From positions 160,375-224,374 of the forward strand of contig CAWDKS010000008.1 of assembly GCA_963802965.1 (NCBI GenBank): a stretch of 64,000 bases of DNA. The letters run 5' to 3'. The position numbers and the translations under genes were made by a program. The notes below the pieces were generated by a model. The model had not been told where the DNA came from. It was given only the letters and a program-made list of their open reading frames with translations, and ran no database searches. The DNA is from an uncultured Verrucomicrobiae bacterium. Lineage in GTDB: Bacteria > Verrucomicrobiota > Verrucomicrobiia > Limisphaerales > UBA11358. Of the stretch, positions 60,001-64,000 are shown piece by piece (positions within the stretch are counted from its first letter, which is position 1; every line of letters begins with the position of its first letter).

Positions 60001-60242
60001 AGGATTTGATTCAAGCGGTGAAGGACGGCGCCCGCTTGCGGCTGCGCCCGAAGGTGATGACCGTGGCGACCATCGTTGCGAGCCTGTTGCCGATTTTGTG
60101 GAGTCACCGCACCGGCGCGGAGGTGATGAAACCGCTGGCGACGCCGGTCATCGGCGGCATGTTGAGCAGCCTCGCTTGCATTTTGATTGTGACGCCGGTG
60201 ATTTTCGCGTGGTTGCGGGAGCGGGAAATGGAAAACCGTTGA
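57026..60242 (+). pseudogene. cusA: CusA/CzcA-type heavy-metal RND pump interrupted by a +1 frame change
   Basis: N-part (57026 to about 58699: [16 protein letters not shown]...AALVLAFG) and C-part (about 58755 to 60242: [23 protein letters not shown]...) are collinear with CusA as I recall it. They sit in different frames, separated by about 55 nt containing a heptamer array. Confidence 0.8.
58719..58746. repeat. 4 x YCTCAAY heptamer array at the cusA frame break
   Basis: tctcaac-tctcaat-cctcaac-cctcaac. A related CCCTCAA array lies at 34925-34952. Confidence 0.85.
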
Positions 60243-60410
60243 ACCGCGGATGACGCGGATGGACGCGGATTCCCTGAGCTGAAGGTGCTACGGAAATTAG
60301 CCCAGTGTTGGCGCAACGCGACTACGCCGGGTAATCGTCCCGCCAATTATTTCCACCCTGAAGGGGTGGCGGAGGCTTTTCTTCGCCACACAAATTGATA
60401 TTCTTTTCGC

Positions 60411-62634
60411 ATGGCAACGGCCCGCCATCCGAAAGCGACCTTTTTCGTCCAGCGACAATTATTCTCTGGTCTGAGCAGCTTTGCCGAATTGGAACAAAAG
60501 ATTGCCGCGCTGCCCGACGAACAATCTCGCGGGGCTGCGTTTGAAGTTTTTGCCGAAGCCTATCTCGCCACGCAACGGAAATACGACGCCGCCCAAGTCT
60601 GGCCGCACGGTTCTGTCCCGCTCGACATCCTCAAAAATCTCGGCCTCACGGTGCTGGACAAAGGCGTGGACGGCGTGCTGCAAACCTTACTCGGCCAGTT
60701 CAACGCCTATCAAGTCAAGTTCCGCACCGGACGCCCGTCGCTGACGTGGCGCGAACTCTCCACCTTCATCGGCCTAGCCGACAGCCAACACATTCACAGC
60801 CGCGTCCTGATTACCAACTGCGACGAGCTGCCCGCCGTCCTCAACGACCGCCAGGGTTTCTTCTGCATCCGTGGCTCGGACCTGGATCGTTTGGAACCCG
60901 GTGACTTCCGCGCGATTGAAGCATGGCTGGCCGACGCCGCTTTCGTCGCACCGAAAAAATCGCCGCAACCGCACCAGACCGAGGCGCTGGACGCGTTGCT
61001 TCCCGCGTTGCAAACGCATGACCGCGTTTCCGCAATCATGGCTTGCGGCACGGGCAAAACACTCGTCGCGCTTTGGGTTGCGGAGAAAGTAGCGCAGGCG
61101 TCCTCGCCTGCGGGTTCCAGCGGCGTCCCCGCCGCGAGAATCCTTGTCCTGCTCCCCTCGCTCGCGTTGCTGCGCCAGACTTTGCATGAATGGTTGCGGG
61201 AAACCCGTTTGCCAAGCCTCGCCTATCTCTGCGTCTGCTCCGACCCGACCGTGAAGGAAGGCATTGACGCGCTCACCACGCAACAATCTGACCTCGACTT
61301 TCAAGTCTCCACCGACGCCGCGAGTGTGCGGAGTTTTCTGGACGCGCCCTTTGCCGGCGTGAAAATGATTTTCTCCACCTACCAATGCCAGATGTCTGAC
61401 TGAAGGAGTTGACGTGCCGGCGGTTGACATGGTGGCGTTTCTCGCGCCGCGCCGGAGCGTGGTTGACATTGTTCAAGCGACTGGTCGCGCAATGCGCCGT
61501 TCGCCCGGCAAGCAGTTCGGCTATGTGCTGGTGCCGCTTTATGTGGAAAAGACGCGGGGAGAAACGGTGGAGCAAGCTGTCCTGCGGAGCAACTTCGATG
61601 AAATTTGGAAAGTTCTTCAGGCATTAAAAGAACAGGATGATTTGCTGGCGCAAATTGTAGATGAAATGCGAATCCAGCGCGGACAAACAGGCGGTTTTGA
61701 TGAAAGTCGTTTTCGTGAGCGCGTGGAAATGATAGGCCCGGAAATTTCGTTGGATAGTTTGCGGCGATCAATAACCGCAGCTTGTATTGACGCGGTTGGT
61801 GAAGGTTGGTTTGAGCGTTATGGACAGCTATTGGCTTATCAGCAAAAGCATCGGAATAGCGATATGCCTGCGCGCTGGCCGGAAAATCAGAAACTCGCAA
61901 CGTGGGTTGTGAACCAGCGCGTGCTAAAGCGGGATGGTGTATTGGAGGATGAGAAAATTACGTTGCTTGACCGGATTGGATTCAAGTGGTCACCGCATGA
62001 AAGCAAATGGCGGACATATTATCTGGCTCTGTTGAAATACCGGGAACGCTTCGGCAACTGCCGCGTGCCGCAAAACTGGAAAGAGAATGAAAAGCTGGCC
62101 CGATGGGTGAGCGCGCAACGGCTTGATTATGGTCGTGGTGATATTTCCCGCGAGCGCGTCGCGATGCTGGACAAGATTGGATTCGATTGGGAGAAATACT
62201 TTCGACAGTTGGTGGAGTTCAAGCAAGAGCATGGTCACACAAATGTGCCTCAACGTTCAGGCAAATACCGGGAACTAGGAACATGGGTGAGAAACCAAAG
62301 AGCTGCGAAACGGTATAAACGCCCGATTATGGCGGAACGTGCCAAGCGTTTGGATGAAATCGGATTTGTCTGGGTGCTTGTTGAGCCAATGGCTTGGGAG
62401 AAAATGTTCGCGGCGCTCGTTGAATACAAGAAGGTGCATAACCATTGCAACGTCCCGCAAAAAGCTGGCGAATATAAACGGCTAGGGAAATGGGTGAACA
62501 CTCAACGCACTCATTATTTGGGAACCCGCTTAGGCGGGAGCGCCGAAGACTTGGGAGATTTTTCGCCTATCGGCGCCTTTCAGGGCTATGCCCTTTCGTC
62601 GAAAAACGTCCCAAAACTTCGGCTAGCAGAATGA
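60411..62634 (+). pseudogene. PD-(D/E)xK nuclease-like / SF2 helicase / helicase-associated (HA) repeat gene with internal deletion
   Basis: N-terminus: nuclease-like (GAAFEVFAEAYL...DKGVDGV...YQVKF). Helicase motif I (ACGTGKT) through FSTYQ, then a direct jump (in another frame, at about 61383) to NARCLTEGVDVPAVDMVAF...QATGRAMRR (motifs V-VI). Motif II is missing. Four HA-type repeats follow (W..RY..L..Y...HG...VP). Confidence 0.8.
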
Positions 62635-62712
62635 GCGGGCAAGCCGACACGGGCACCGCGCCTTAACAGCGTGAATCCCGTGTCCGCTCGCACAATCCGT
62701 TCATACTGGTTT
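62621..62712. repeat. Structured ~85-nt direct repeat, copy 1
   Basis: gaatgagcgggcaagccgacacggg...gaatcccgtgtccgctcgca...ccgttcatactggtt. Internal complementarity GAGCGGG/CACGGG with CCCGTG/CCGCTC. Starts at the helicase stop codon. Confidence 0.75.
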
Positions 62713-62719
62713 ACACAGT

Positions 62720-62791
62720 TTAAGGACGTTTGCCATGTCCAAAAATGATTGCCAATACGATTATTAAAATAAGCACATTTTCGATGTTCAT
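62720..62791 (-). CDS. Candidate 23-aa hydrophobic peptide
   Basis: MNIENVLILIIVLAIIFGHGKRP*. AAGGAA lies 4 nt upstream of the ATG. AT-rich context. No family recognised, so this is speculative. Confidence 0.3.
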   Translation of the reverse strand: MNIENVLILIIVLAIIFGHGKRP

Positions 62792-63054
62792 TTCATTCCT
62801 TTTGCAACTATTTATACTCAAGAACCGGAAAAAAGGTCGGAAGTGGAAAAAATTAAACTTTTCGGGTTTTTTACGGGAAAAAGTGTAGAGGTTAAGCCGT
62901 AGCAACTTGACGCTAACGGCAGTATAACATAAACGTGCGATTCACGGCAAACAGCCAAAGACTTGTGAGCTTTCATCGCTTTTTCGGGAATCCCGCCTTA
63001 CCCCCTACATCCCTCCGGCAGGAGCCCTCCAAGCTTGAAACGTCGCAAGATTTT

Positions 63055-63143
63055 GGCTTGGAATGAGCGGGCGAGCCAGCACGGGATTGCTCTTGCTCGG
63101 AATCCCGTGCCCGCTCGCAGTGACCGCTCATACGGGTTAGGAG
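63055..63143. repeat. Structured ~85-nt direct repeat, copy 2
   Basis: gaatgagcgggcgagccagcacggg...gaatcccgtgcccgctcgca...ccgctcatacgggtt. Same orientation as copy 1. Confidence 0.75.
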
Positions 63144-63259
63144 GACGAGTTTCCACAGCCCGATTTTGGTCAGAAGGCGGCCATTCGGATATACTGTCCG
63201 CCAGAACTTCAGTTTTTTAACCCGTTCCGAACAACCTCAACCAAGAAAGGGACATCACA

Positions 63260-63745
63260 GTGGGCATAGGCCGGGACAAGGCCGTGACCCTCGTTGCAGC
63301 ATTCACGCTGGCAAGCAAGATCGCGGAGGAATTGCAACGCGAATCGCCCGTGCTCGACAACCCGGAAGCAATCGCAGGACTTCTGCGGGAGCAGAACCGC
63401 CTGAAACAGGTCGAGACGTTCCAGATATTGATGTTGAACACGCGACGACGCCTCATCCGCGTCGAGCAGGTGTCACAGGGCTTGCTGGATACGATTCTTG
63501 TGCATCCGCGCGAGGTATTCCAATCCGCCATCGCAGCCCGCGCGGCTGCCATCGTTTTGGTTCACAACCACCCGAGCGGCGACCCGACGCCGAGCGACGC
63601 GGACATAAAGGTCACGCGCGATCTCATCCGCGCCGGACAACTTCTGAAAATCGAAGTGTTGGATCACGTCATTCTCGGACGGGCGACCGTGGACAGGCCG
63701 AAGGATTTTTCATCGTTACGCGAGCTTGGGTATTTTTTCCAGTGA
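63260..63745 (+). CDS. radC: RadC-like JAB/MPN-domain protein, N-terminally truncated
   Basis: HNHPSGDPTPSDADIKVT (JAMM motif) and LLDHVIL-type C-terminus (VLDHVILG). The ORF begins within the HhH region (GIGRDKAVTLVAAF) at a GTG, with an in-frame stop at 63218. Confidence 0.75.
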   Translation: MGIGRDKAVTLVAAFTLASKIAEELQRESPVLDNPEAIAGLLREQNRLKQVETFQILMLNTRRRLIRVEQVSQGLLDTILVHPREVFQSAIAARAAAIVLVHNHPSGDPTPSDADIKVTRDLIRAGQLLKIEVLDHVILGRATVDRPKDFSSLRELGYFFQ

Positions 63746-63792
63746 CCCGCGACTAAGCGCACGAGGCGATTCCCGATAAAGGAATCGCTTTT

Positions 63793-64000
63793 TTAATTGT
63801 CAGAAGCACTGGCTTTTCGCTGGGCAATCTGCAAAGCAAGACTGGTCCCGCCGAGCCTCGACAGGCTTTCGACGATTTCTTCATACGTGTCGCCGATGAC
63901 CCACGGTTCGGCGATGAGAACCGCCTTCACATCCGTGGCATTGGCTTCCGCGACCACCTTGATCCATTCCGCAAATTTCGTTTCGTATGGAGTGCGCTCG
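63793..64000 (-). CDS. 3' end of an unidentified gene running off the window
   Basis: Open minus-strand frame from the window edge: ...ERTPYETKFAEWIKVVAEANATDVKAVLIAEPWVIGDTYEEIVESLSRLGGTSLALQIAQRKASASDN*. Not in the ORF track because it has no start. Confidence 0.35.
   Translation of the reverse strand, partial: ERTPYETKFAEWIKVVAEANATDVKAVLIAEPWVIGDTYEEIVESLSRLGGTSLALQIAQRKASASDN

Noticed and set aside
62720-62905. 61-aa version of the minus-strand ORF in the AT-rich cassette
   Set aside because: The upstream 38 codons are low-complexity (FFHFRPFFRF) with no ribosome-binding site. Only the distal 23-codon ORF has an SD-like motif, and even that call is speculative.

Overview
GC-rich bacterial chromosomal window (about 60% GC by eye, with a few AT-rich pockets). 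Gene content and the short palindromic repeat families suggest a PVC-group or Verrucomicrobiota-like genome; this is inference only. I support about 55 genes. Housekeeping: recA, ruvB, lysS, an N-terminal-half carB, hppA, yebC, an ABC-F ATPase and a DEAD-box helicase. Envelope and efflux: two inverted beta-propeller/MacA/MacB-permease cassettes, a CusRS-like two-component system with a TolC/adaptor/RND operon, and a copper-type cusB/cusA cluster preceded by three small Cys-rich or metal-binding proteins. Carbohydrate enzymes: GH30, GH1 and an esterase. Also two tandem 505-aa membrane paralogs. Accessory material: (i) a tRNA-Ser-associated island remnant delimited by a direct repeat of the tRNA 3' end, carrying an HTH gene, VapBC and a broken AEP-primase/SF2-helicase gene; (ii) a low-GC islet after carB with an ORF6N gene, an array of 15-bp palindromes and a TIR-domain gene that looks frameshifted; (iii) a nuclease-helicase gene with an internal deletion, an AT-rich cassette with a tiny hydrophobic ORF flanked by structured direct repeats, and a RadC fragment. 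The most unusual signal is several families of palindromic or heptamer-periodic repeats. They lie between genes but also inside ORFs, in frame in lysS, the ABC-F gene and an alkaline-phosphatase-family gene, and out of frame in cusA. I found no CRISPR array, rRNA, transposase or integrase. Many long ORFs in the supplied track are antisense or alternate-frame shadows typical of GC-rich DNA. All frameshift calls could also be assembly indels and need read-level confirmation.
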